Program-made: the position numbers and the translations under genes
Shown: positions 13,130 to 23,849 of the stretch, piece after piece
Position numbering within the stretch: position 1 is the first letter of the stretch
Layout: the number at the start of each line of letters is the position of its first letter
The notes under the pieces: generated by a model
What the model saw: only the letters and a program-made list of their open reading frames with translations
What the model was told of the DNA's origin: nothing
The model's database searches: none
Assembly: GCA_011109175.1 (NCBI GenBank)
Contig: RDEW01000010.1
Span: 417,837 to 481,836 of the forward strand
Direction of reading: 5' to 3'
DNA: 64,000 nt
Source of the DNA: Dicyema japonicum
Lineage: Eukaryota > Animalia > Dicyemida

Positions 13130-13330
13130 AGGTTAAGCCAAATCAAACGGTCTTCCGGTTGGTCCAGATCATTCTGATGATACTTCAAGGATAGACTAAT
13201 CACTACTGTGAGCCTCAATTATTGGCCATCTCAAACATCGGCTGTACCTTGTTTTACATAGTTTGTTAAGTAACCCCAGCCTCACTAACTTGTAGGAGGC
13301 CAGCAGCTATTAAATAGGACGCAGCAGATG
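13130..13330 (-). mobile_element. Short CRE-like relic
   Basis: ggtcttccggttggtccagatc resembles 710-735 (RRPDG region); heavily decayed. Confidence 0.5.
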
Positions 13331-13681
13331 TTGTCCCGGCATTGTAGTCCCAGCATTGTAAGTCCTGGCATTGTAGACGAACGCTGTGCTAATTCATGAC
13401 ATTCAAATAGGTGATTTGTTGTCAACTCGTAGAGGTTGCAAAAGAGACAGAGGATATCATGTTTTGGATAGTAGAATTTTAAAATTATTTTTTTATTTAA
13501 AAAATTTGATAAATTGTTAGATAAATTATTCGAATCAATAATTAAATTTAAACTATTGATTTATTTTATTTAAATAAAAATAGTAATTTTCAACGTCAAT
13601 TTAACGTGATCCAACTGCGTGCTAAAATTAACGTATTTTTAAAATTGCATAAAAATCAGATTGTAGGAACTCTCACAACTA

Positions 13682-16259
13682 ATGACATTTTCCAAACACA
13701 TTTCAACCTACAAACTTAATTCCAGTCCAAAATACCCGATTTATGTTGACCTTCTCGACAATTCCACCGTACTTTTAAAGGTCCATTCGTATGCCTTGGG
13801 CTTCCAAGTCCTGGAAAGTGTCTGCCGGCACATTGGACTGACCACAGTATAATGATAAATTGATTCAATTGTTATAGACCTACTACTTTTCGTTGAAATA
13901 TAGTCATAAGGACGGAATTTCTCGTTTTGCGCGGTTAGAAAAGCCTATTATGAAGCAAATGCGCGAAAACAGTGATTCCCTCCATCTCACGTTTGCTGTC
14001 CTGCATTACGTCTCTGACATTTCTCTTTTGGACCCCTTTTCAACGTTTACCCGTTTTAGTAAATTTAGGGAGTTATTTTATCTTCAATTAAAGAAAAATT
14101 ATTTCCTCACAAATTTTGAATTTGCGAAACAGGAAATAGTCTTCCTCTCCGCTTGTTTGCTTCACGGTTTTATTTTTTGGCTTAATTCCCAGTAAAACTA
14201 ATAAAGAGAACACTACTGAGGTCACAAAATCTGTTGTGACCTCTTATCTACCAAGAACGGTAAAAAGATGTCAGTACCAATTTTATGTTGCTCAAATTGT
14301 GGAGGAGTTGGACAACTTCTCGGATATGTCCATGCGGGATGTAAAAATCACGTTTGTTGAGGCATTTTCGCGGATCAGTAACTACGGAACGGAATTTTTT
14401 ACTGCCAAAATGAACGTTTGATTTTAAGGACCGATTTAGAATGAGTCCGTCTCTTTTGGTCTTTCAAATAAACACTTTGTGTTTTGCCAAAATTCGACTC
14501 AAAAAAATTACGGGTTTCTGCAATTTTTTAATTTTAAGCTGGGAATCATTCAAATCCGTGAAAGTGAACAACAAAATTGTCATTTTTGAGAAAGAAGACT
14601 ACTCATTCCGTTTTTTGATGGTAAGCTTATTTTTTACTTCACAGAGATCAAACTGCTTGGCAAAGTACATTGCTTGGTTTTCTATCGCACTTAATTTTTT
14701 TGATTTCTTGTATGTGGGATTTTATTAATTTTTAAGTTCGTGTACTTATATTGAAAAAAACGGCCAAGAAGAGACAATAAAGTTAGTGGCCTTAGTTACG
14801 TTATAGTGCTACTGAAATCTCCAACAACAGTGAGTGGTCCTTAGCACATTCTGGTTCGGTGTTTGACCCCTCAGAAAATAGTTTTACTACAAACTACGAA
14901 ACCTTAAAAAATCATTCACACTCAGAAAAAAATCTTACAAAGTAAAATATTTTGTTTATTTTAGGTCAAACATAAAAAAACACTCAGTTTAATATTAAAT
15001 TAATTTGTAGTTAAACTTTTTAAATAATTTTTCTATGAAAAAATTTAAATTGAAGAAAAATTCTGTAAAAAACCCAAGTTTGGGAAGCCTCTTTTTTGAT
15101 TCATCTCAACCGCTGAACAATGAGTCGGAAACGACCCTTCCAATGGGCACTTTAAATTCATTTCAGCCTGATTTGACTGTGCTTGTTAATTTTCTTATTC
15201 TAGTCTCACCTTCCTATTTGGGGACCTTATTTGACTTCACTTTTGAGTGGAACTGGTTTCAATTGTCGACTCGACGAGTTTGTTAGCGAACAGCTTATTC
15301 CCAATTCCCATGTTTACATACATCTAATTTCTAGAAAGTAGAGACTTTTTCCAATATTAAAGATAACTTTTATCCACGTGCGATGGAATTTTCGGCAATT
15401 AATTTTAGATTGTCGACCGCCTCATGTAAAATCGGTGAAAATCCAATTAATATGATCCACAATAACGATCCCCGAGTTTTACCATATGACAACAATTATG
15501 TGCAAGTCCCACATCATTCTGTTTTTGTTTTGGCATAAATTTATAGAATAATCCTTATGGATATCAAAATGCCTCTCGCATGTCCTTTTCTGTTGACTCT
15601 TTCATCCTGGATTTTATTGTTTCCCAAAATCCTGTTTTTTCTAACGATTTCTGGGCTATGGTATGGAATCAAAGAGTAGGGCTCATTATCTGCTTCGACG
15701 ACTCTAAATTGAATTACATTCCAGACACGAAAACCCAAAATTTCGGCCAGGTTGTAATTTATTTTTTATTTGCTTTTAGGTTAACGTTAAAGTACTCGAA
15801 CGTCACAACTGGAACATCTGCATGGCCTATAAACTTTCGGCAGAGTCGCATAAAGAGCGGAGAACTATTTGGCAGCTGACTTATTTGTCATGGAATATGA
15901 ATGGGACTCCTTCTTCTTTCGAGGAATATATTGGTGGGGAATATTTTATTATATGTTGATCTTCTCGACGAGGTTGACTCATTGAGGAGAGCTCTTGCTG
16001 AAAAGAACCTCAACTGTGTTTTGGTTCACTGTAGTAACGGAGCAGGGAGATCTGGGCTTCATGTACTGCTGGAATACTGCAAATTATGTGTAGATAATTC
16101 AAAGGTTTTAGTGATTTTCGTTTATTTCAGAATGTTGACTTTCCCTCCGTGATGGAGTCCATGAGGAAGCAGAGAATGATGGTGGTGACTTCGCTGTCTC
16201 AGTATTTGTTTGCTGTCGGATTTTCGGTAAATTACAAGCAAAAGTCTTTGTGTGTGTAA
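13682..16259 (+). CDS. FERM-domain tyrosine phosphatase, PTPN14/PTPN21 (Pez)-like, about 15 tiny introns
   Basis: N-terminal FERM (VDLLDNSTV..TYYFSLKY..RLEKPIMKQM..ELFYLQLKK) aligns with the PTPN14 N-terminus; PTP domain VLPYDNNYV, GYQNAS, DFWAMVW, VHCSNGAGRSG, MRKQRMMVVTSLSQY. One homopolymer frameshift near 14196. Confidence 0.9.
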
Positions 16260-16924
16260 ATATTTGTTATTAATTCTTTATTATCACGAATTAAATACAT
16301 TTATTTCTGTGTGTTTTTGAATTTCCGTTTAAAAATTGGCTGTGGTAAAGATAACCTAAAATATTGTTTAAAAAGCTGATTTCAAGTGAAACAAACGGAA
16401 TCTGGTGCAACATTTGTTGAAACATCTATCTTAGAATTAGACAGATTAAAGAAAAGATATAGACTTTTCAGAAGACACGGAAGTTTGGATAGCCTTAAAG
16501 CCACGACGTTCTTGAAACCCAGTGACTCCTCCTGTTGATCTTAAAGGAAACCGACAACTAACATAATGGTAATGCTAAAATTTGGCGCTTCCAAGATATC
16601 GGCGTGGATAAACAGTTATTAGATGTTTCACCAGCTTGTATATTTGGCTTGTGTATATGGCCAGCCTCTGATCGAGTCTTTGTATTTGATTAGTTCATGA
16701 GATAATAGACATATACATAAATACTTAAGGGTTTGCTTGTGCGGAAGTGTATACTATACTTTTTGATAATTTCTTCCAAGGAGTCTAGGCGGATTTATGA
16801 CCCTCGGTTGATTGTTTCTTTAAAATTTATAAAAAAAAAAAAAAAGTTTTCTTTTAACCAATTTTCTTCCTTTTACGGTTCCGTATTCCATCAAACTCAT
16901 CTGTTGTTTTTAATTGTTTCCAAA

Positions 16925-17260
16925 TTCGGGAGAATCATGATCCATAAAGAGGAAGTCAACTCGATACACCAGAAAACAATCAGTATGCTTTGCCCACGAA
17001 ATGGATCAACATTCGACCCACTACTCATGGAAGCTAAGATCCTTAGTCGTGGCTCCGGATTTCTTCGCGTCTGTGAGGAAGATGGAAATCCGCTTCGCCT
17101 GATCCTTTCCATGGCAAGAGAAAACCGATTGGATAAGAAATTCCCCGATCGGATTCCTCTGCAAGACCGAGAGAAGGCTCTTCCGGAAAGTAGTGGGGAC
17201 GATGGAAGATCACAGACGTCGAATGACACAATTGATTGCGAGGACTGGGATCACCTAACT
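16925..17260 (+). mobile_element. LINE 3' ORF fragment
   Basis: Ends in actgggatcacct like 38211-38224; homologous to 2290-2470. Confidence 0.55.
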
Positions 17261-17684
17261 GTTTGACTCTTTTGTCTTTCTTTCTCGGTGTTCCCGGGGT
17301 TATTATAATAAATAAAATAAAGAGGAAGTATAATTCTCGACCGTCCAAGAAAGCCCCCAATTTCATCTTCGTTAATTAAGTCTTCCACGATAAGGTTGCA
17401 AGATGTCATCCCATCAATGTCCAAAGAGTCGTTAGCGTCATCTATCATTTCCTCGGTTATTGACTTTGTTTTATTTACTTACGATTTTCCTCAGTTGATT
17501 ACTGTAAATCTCTCAAGATTTGTTTTCGGTGTTACTCACCTTCCCGAGTTATAGAGTAAGATTGGTAGTAAAGAACGCATTATATAAACGTATCTTGAGA
17601 TTCTGATAGGGTGCTTTCTACGCGTACAAACGCCACACATTTTTCATCTCACAGATGCAGTATTTTTAAAACCATTTTCTACAT

Positions 17685-17790
17685 CAGTAATTCTAAACGG
17701 TGGCGCCAGCGCCTCTCCTAGGACCCCCTAGGGGCGCTGGAACTTATTATCAAAAGGGGGCGCTGGCTTAAAAAAGGTTAAGAACCACTG
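17685..17790. mobile_element. 106-bp hAT (Buster/Charlie-type) MITE
   Basis: Ends CAGTAATTCT...AGAACCACTG; perfect 8-bp TSD ttctacat (17677-17684, 17791-17798); internal inverted repeat ccagcgcc...ggcgctgg. Confidence 0.85.
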
Positions 17791-17822
17791 TTCTACATGG
17801 TTTAAATAAAGTTGTTTAGATT

Positions 17823-20812
17823 ATTATTTATTATACAGCACTTATCGCCTTGCCATAATAGTTATAGCAAAGCATGTGCAATACAAGAAACAATGTTATT
17901 AGTTAGCCTCTTCCATCCTCCACGGTTACACGCAGTCGATCTCAGCATGTCCAGATCGTCTCCCGTCTTTAGGCATTTCTTTATCCTTTGGAGGTCTTTG
18001 TGCAGCATGATAGGTAGGGTCATCCTTGGTCTGCCACGGAAGCATTTGCCCTCGAACATGAAATGGTCCTCCATCGCCACATTAGCCGGGGCAGCAAGAT
18101 CCATGCGTAGTACGTGACCAAACAGTCTCCACCGGGCGTCAGTGATTTCCAGGCTTAGAGGCCTACTCTTGCATTTTTTGTAAATACCGGTATTCGAGAT
18201 TCTGGCCGGCCACTGCATGCCAAATAATACTCTAAGCTGTTTTCTGTGGAACCCATCGAGAGCCATTGATTCCGCACCTGTACAGGCCCAAGTACCAGCA
18301 TTGTATGTCAGTATCGGTTTCACAAATGCATTGTACATGCGTATCCGCAGATTGACATCTAGTCCTTTCAGCCATCCCTTTTTGAGTTTTCGCATTGCTA
18401 CTCCTGCAAGTGTTTTCCTTTTGATGATGTCTTCTGTGTCCCCCAGTAGGGATCCAAGCTTATTAACATGTCGCCAACGTTCATTAAGGATGTTGTCCAT
18501 TCTTTTGATTTCCGTGATTTCCGTTTTGGCCCGGTTAACGATGAGGAACCATTCCCCCAGTTTGTCCGGTGCATTTTCCAGCAGATGTGTGAGAGCTTCT
18601 GTATCCTCGGATATAAAATCCACATCATCCGCGTATACGACTTCGTTTATTTTTCCTTCATAGCAAGTTCTTAGATCCTTTAGTGCAGCTTCGAGATATA
18701 TCACAAATAGTAAGGGGGAGAGGGAGTCTCCCTGAGGAGTGCCGATTGTAGTTTTGAATGGTCGGGATAGAGTTCTCCCAATTCGGACTGACAGTTCAGT
18801 ACTTGAGAGAAGTACTCTGATTATCCGTAGCAATGATTGGTCCACAAATTGATGAAGGACAACCATTAGCTTGTGTCGGCTAATGGTGTCGAAAGCTCTT
18901 GACATATCGATCCCCAGGATGGTCGTGGCATTTTTGTATCTTTGAGCCGTTGCACACCGCCACCTGTGGCTCCACAGAATGTCCGCTGTCGACCTTCCTT
19001 CACGAAATCCACTATGGCATGCTGATAGGTAATTTCCTGCAGGATGTTTTAAGCGGTCCAAAGCAACAGATGCAAGAACTTTTCGTAATGTGTTTAACAA
19101 TATGACTGGGCGTAGGCTTTCTAGTGGTCCCTTTGGTTTGTTAGGCTTTTGTATAGGTATCAATGTCCCTTTCCCCAGTGGTAGGACAGAGTTGGATGTA
19201 AACATTCCATTTAACAATGTCGCAATGGTTTCGAATAGACGCATAGGTCCATATTTCAGCAGTTCGGGAGGGATGTTGTCTGGTCCAGCGCTCCTGTGAT
19301 TCTTTAGCTTACTGCACGCACTCTGAACTTCCTTAGATGTGATAATTGTTTCCAGCATCCGCGGTTCTCCGATGAAAGGGGCCAGTTCTTGGCCGTTCGC
19401 ATTGAACAGTTTTTCAAAATGGGCAGCAATCAATTCGATCTGTTCGTCTGGTTTTAAGATAAGTTTCCCCTTCCCATCCATAACATGTACTGTCGCTTTT
19501 TTCTTTCCTCGCATTAGTCGGACTGCAGCGAACATTTGTGCATTGTCCTTTAGTTGCTCCAGCTCTCTAAGATGTGATAGGAAGACATCCTTCGAGTGTT
19601 CATTATTAAGCTTCATGATTCTTCTCTTGATAATATTTCGTTCAGTTCGTAGTTTGTTTTTGATATGTATATCCGTCGTGTTTAGACTCTGTATCCATAT
19701 TTCTCGTTGTTGTTTTGCCAGTAATAAGGAGTCTGGATGGCCAAGTGACATATTTCCGGTTGTCTGCCGTCTCACTCCAAGGTGGGTGTTTGCGGCAAGG
19801 CAAATAATGCTTTTGGTCTGATCCCATAGGTCTTGTATAGTCATATTAGCTGGTAATGTATATAGGTGGTTCTCTATATGTTTTTGGTAGTTTGTCACCA
19901 GCAGCGGCTGAGACCAGAGCTTCTCAGTCATATATACATGGGTATGGTAAGGTGGTAGCGTTTTGCTTAGACTCAGGTTCTTCCTGCCAATGTAGTATTT
20001 CTTCAAGGAGAACTTGCCAATAACCATTTTATGGTCACTATTTATCATCGACCCTCCATAAGAACGGGCATCATTCAGTAGGTGTTTGTCCTTGGTCCGA
20101 CAAATGATGTAATCAATTTGATTATAAATATTGACACTTTTGTTTTCCGAGTTCGTTCTATGGCCAGTCCATGTGCTCCTGTGGCGAGCTGGGTGCATAA
20201 AGGCAGTGTTTCCTATGAAAAGATCATTCGCTTGACAGAAATTGGCCAGTAGTGTTCCCGGGGTGTTTCTCCACCCCCGTCCATGCCTGCCGATGAACGA
20301 TTCCTCTCCACTGCGTCGCATCCCAACTTTAGCGTTAAAGTCCCCGGCAATAAATATCAACGACGAAGATTCGTATTCCGAGTACGTCCTCAATAGTTGA
20401 CAGTAGAAGTCATCCAGTTCCTCAGGATTTTTCAAAAATCTGCCACTATGTGGAGCATACACGTTAATGACTGTCATGTAGCTTTTGGAAGGGCACATGT
20501 CATTCATCCTAATTTGCAGAACACTAATCCTGTCGTTGACTTTCCAAAATTGATGTATCCGTGGTACAAGATGTTCATGGACTGCGAAACCTTGTCCGTA
20601 ATGTTTAGACTCACTAGGGAAGAGAATAAGTTTATAGGTTCCATAGTATTCACAGCATCCATCAGAGACCTTCGTTTCTTGCAGACTTCCGATAGAGACG
20701 CGGTACTTGTCTAAATCATCGCACAGTGTTTTCCTAGTCCATGTCTTCGAGATCCCCCTGACATTAAACGAGAGTAGGTTGAGGCCATCCCGAGAGTAGG
20801 TTGAGGCCATTT
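17823..20812 (-). mobile_element. Young RTE-clade LINE with intact ORF
   Basis: TSD ttgtttagatt (17812-17822 / 20813-20823), short 3' UTR ending in a (TAA)-like tail, single APE+RT ORF. Confidence 0.93.
17862..20810 (-). CDS. RTE ORF: AP endonuclease + reverse transcriptase (982 aa)
   Basis: SFNVRG, LQET, GDFNAKVG, QIDYI, SDH; IDMSRAFD, PQGDSLSP, YADD, RWRLFGHVLR, RGRPR; uninterrupted. Confidence 0.95.
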   Translation of the reverse strand: MASTYSRDGLNLLSFNVRGISKTWTRKTLCDDLDKYRVSIGSLQETKVSDGCCEYYGTYKLILFPSESKHYGQGFAVHEHLVPRIHQFWKVNDRISVLQIRMNDMCPSKSYMTVINVYAPHSGRFLKNPEELDDFYCQLLRTYSEYESSSLIFIAGDFNAKVGMRRSGEESFIGRHGRGWRNTPGTLLANFCQANDLFIGNTAFMHPARHRSTWTGHRTNSENKSVNIYNQIDYIICRTKDKHLLNDARSYGGSMINSDHKMVIGKFSLKKYYIGRKNLSLSKTLPPYHTHVYMTEKLWSQPLLVTNYQKHIENHLYTLPANMTIQDLWDQTKSIICLAANTHLGVRRQTTGNMSLGHPDSLLLAKQQREIWIQSLNTTDIHIKNKLRTERNIIKRRIMKLNNEHSKDVFLSHLRELEQLKDNAQMFAAVRLMRGKKKATVHVMDGKGKLILKPDEQIELIAAHFEKLFNANGQELAPFIGEPRMLETIITSKEVQSACSKLKNHRSAGPDNIPPELLKYGPMRLFETIATLLNGMFTSNSVLPLGKGTLIPIQKPNKPKGPLESLRPVILLNTLRKVLASVALDRLKHPAGNYLSACHSGFREGRSTADILWSHRWRCATAQRYKNATTILGIDMSRAFDTISRHKLMVVLHQFVDQSLLRIIRVLLSSTELSVRIGRTLSRPFKTTIGTPQGDSLSPLLFVIYLEAALKDLRTCYEGKINEVVYADDVDFISEDTEALTHLLENAPDKLGEWFLIVNRAKTEITEIKRMDNILNERWRHVNKLGSLLGDTEDIIKRKTLAGVAMRKLKKGWLKGLDVNLRIRMYNAFVKPILTYNAGTWACTGAESMALDGFHRKQLRVLFGMQWPARISNTGIYKKCKSRPLSLEITDARWRLFGHVLRMDLAAPANVAMEDHFMFEGKCFRGRPRMTLPIMLHKDLQRIKKCLKTGDDLDMLRSTACNRGGWKRLTNNIVSCIAHALL

Positions 20813-20968
20813 TTGTTTAGATTTCAAGTCAATTTTTTTAAATGAAATTTAACTTTATTTAAAAATTTAATGAATATTATTTTTTAATTAAAATTTAATT
20901 TTATTTAATTAAGGAAAACGTAAATATATAATAAATTAATATAATTAATCATAAAAGTTCTAGTGTGA

Positions 20969-21744
20969 ATGGTTTTACAAGTTTTAATTATTTTTAGTTT
21001 CAATTGTCAGACATTTTAGACTCGGGAATTACTGATAAAGTTTCACGTAACTTTCGTAAAATAACAATTGGGATCATTACAGTAATAAAGTTATCTCATT
21101 GTAGACACTCTCACTCCTTTCGATTTTCCTCATTACTTCAGTTAACTCCACAATTTTGATTCGTTTAAATTGTCCGATTCCTGATGTAATTACCATCAAA
21201 TTTAAGTTTCCATTCAAGTTTTGGTTTCTGAACATTTTTTAGAATGGGGGACGTGATTTACTCTAAAGGATGTCAACTTCCCTTTATAGTGAAAAAAATG
21301 TCTACCATTCCAGGGAAACTGTTCATTACAGCGAACATTCTGACTTTGTTTTATGTACTCCTTGCAGTTTACATTTATTATTTCAAAAAGAAAAATTACA
21401 AAGCCAACGAAAATATGAGGAAATTGGTTAAATTAAGCATTATTTAAGGATTCTCTTATTATCTTTTTTCTCGTAATTTTTTGGATCATCACTTTCATCA
21501 TTTGGATTCCGTTCTTTCTTGAAATCACAAACTTCACCCATACTGTTTTATTGTGCCAGAATTTCTATGAGACATGCGATGTAATCAAATATCCCATCTG
21601 CAAGCAAATTTACGTCTCTTTTGTATATTGGCTTCTAATTTGTAGATTTTAGGACTTAACGTTGTGTTTTTCCTAATTGCAAACTTTTGGCATGTCTTCA
21701 GCCAAACTTCGTGGATAAACAATGGAGGAGACCTACCAGGATAA
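20969..21744 (+). CDS. Synaptophysin-family (MARVEL) four-TM vesicle protein, 5 tiny introns
   Basis: Spliced product has LNCP..FKFPF, LFITANILTLFYVLLAVYIYYFKKKNY, DSLIIFFLVIFW, a Cys-containing loop 2 and ILGLNVVFFLIANFWHVFSQTSW, matching synaptophysin EYPF, FFVTVAVFAFLY and GNLWFVFKETGW. Confidence 0.85.
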
Positions 21745-22229
21745 TTCCCGGTTTGAATTGGCGAGTCAAGTTTCTAATAAGAACTTGGAAATTTAGTTAA
21801 CATTTTTCTGTTAAGATAATTTTATGGTTAATAATTTGTTCCTTGCATGATATTTCTTAAAATGGAGTTTATAATGAACAAATTTAGCAAAAACTCCGTC
21901 TAAAAAGATCAAGGACTTCTAGTCATTAATTCAGTAATTCTACAAAGGTTTTCAGCCATAGTAAAAGGTCCTACCTTTTGAGAACCAAGTCAAGAAGACA
22001 GGTGAACGGTTCATCTCCCACAAGGTTCTGCTTCTACAACGAGATTACATGAGTCAAGGTAAGGAGGCTACTGAGAAAGACTGAGATCACCTAATGGCGA
22101 CGCTTCCTCTTGTTTAATTGGTGACTTCTTGGTCTTTAATAACAATGTTTTGTAATTTAGTCTCACAAATTGGCTGAAAGCATATATTACTCACCAAAAG
22201 ACGCTTCAGTTTTATGCCTATGTTCTATT

Positions 22230-22500
22230 CGAAACTGCACTTTTACCAAGAGCTCTATTAGCTATAGCTCCGCTCAGGCAGGACATTAACTTTATTTAAG
22301 AGAGACAGTTATGATAACTAATCGTAGAAGAGAATAAAGAGATTCTCTTCATTTCTTTTTTTTCTTTTGTTGGGTCTATGTCCTTTATAGACGATCCGGT
22401 TCAGCAGTGAAATATTCACTGATGACGTCGTCACTCGTCGAGCCAAAATGATAGATTCTTGGAATCTTCAATCGGAATGCATCAGCGAAATTCGAATTAA
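22230..22500 (-). mobile_element. SINE family A, degraded copy
   Basis: Reverse-complement similarity to 36590-36830 (actgatgacg..gtcactcgtc, taactaatcgtaga, gcagg.cac). Confidence 0.8.
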
Positions 22501-22844
22501 AAATCGATCATTTCTATTTTTTCAATCCAAAAAATGTCCCATAGCAGTTCCACAGATTGATTATAGATTGCTACTTATAGTTTCTTAAATACGATTAACC
22601 GAATGTTTGTACGTCACTTCTTGCGTGGAAAATTATCCATATCTTCCATAATACGGCTCACTATAATAATTTTTACTAGAGGTTACTAAACTATAGAAAA
22701 TCGATAAATAAACATTTATGGTCTAATAATATATTTTCCTTCCAACTTGTGAAAATCTGGTTTTTCTGAGGAGAGACGACTAGCTCTTAGAAGAGAATGA
22801 GGATGAGTTAGCAGTTAACTTAAAAAGAAGAGGGATAGGAATAA

Positions 22845-23720
22845 TAATTATTATTACTTAAAGCACTTTCTCTACGCCACGTCATGGCAAAGCAGCTAAA
22901 ACTGGAGAAGTTAACAATAACGTCAGTCTCCTCCACTTATCCTTGTTACGAAGAAGCTACCTAAGTCCTTTCTATGAGAGGTCTTTCAATCTTTTAGGGG
23001 TTTCTTTCCAGGATCATCAATAGGATAGTCTTTGGTCATACACAGAATTTGGCAGCGTCAAAGGAGAAGACCTTCGTGACCAAATAGTTGGAGCTTCCAG
23101 GTCTAATCTCAATACAAGAACCTCCATCAAGCTTGCGTGATTTCAATCTAGATAAGCGAACATTCAGTTCTCTAGTTAACGATTCTGTGTAATATAACAA
23201 CCCCGGATATACGAGAAAAACCTTTAAGGGTTAATTGATGTCTAATTATTGTATATCCAATTCCTACGGTGGGAGAGGTAAATTCTCTCCAAGCATCACG
23301 TCCATTCATGTCTGTTATTGTGGAAACCCCTCCAGTGGAGTAAGAAAGAGAGTCCAAAACAAACAGTCATAACTAATCCAAGAAGGAACCCAAGGGATAA
23401 CATCTCCTTGTGTCGACCAAGTCCACCTACCAATAGTCCATTACAGGCTTCCGTTCAGAAGAAAGGTGTAGAATTAGGCCCGCACTCTTCCATTTTCATC
23501 TCACGTCCTACCGTCGCGGATTTCACTTCAATCTTAAGCGGAAGAGTTTTCATAATGGTAATCTGGTCAGGAAGGTAAGGAGATCCCTTTCAACAACTGA
23601 GTTGGGAAGATGGATTCGTCGCCTCAAGAGTGGGATCTGTGTGACGAGAATTGACCTTCGCTAAAAAGTCCATCTTTCGGATTTTCAACGTTTGTAAAGA
23701 ATCTTTCGGACTCCACTAAA
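22845..23720 (-). mobile_element. Degraded 5'-truncated RTE LINE
   Basis: RTE-like 3' tail at 22845-22890 and QLFGH motif near 23080; many lesions. Confidence 0.6.
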
Positions 23721-23849
23721 GTAATGGATTATTTACTTTGTTCTTATTTTTAATAAATATAATTATTAAAAAATGTAATTATTGAATTATTATATAAAAA
23801 TAATTTAAACAGAGTATATCTTAGCAATAAATCGAAAAGTCAAGTCAGT

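Noticed and set aside
13333-13377. Three 15-16-nt repeats (gtcc.(g/a)gcattgta) as a CRISPR or telomeric array
   Set aside because: No spacers, eukaryotic context; most likely a DNA-transposon subterminal repeat.
17812-20714. Plus-strand ORFs of 60-160 aa overlapping the RTE ORF, and similar antisense ORFs over other TEs
   Set aside because: Shadow ORFs of the coding strand with no motifs.
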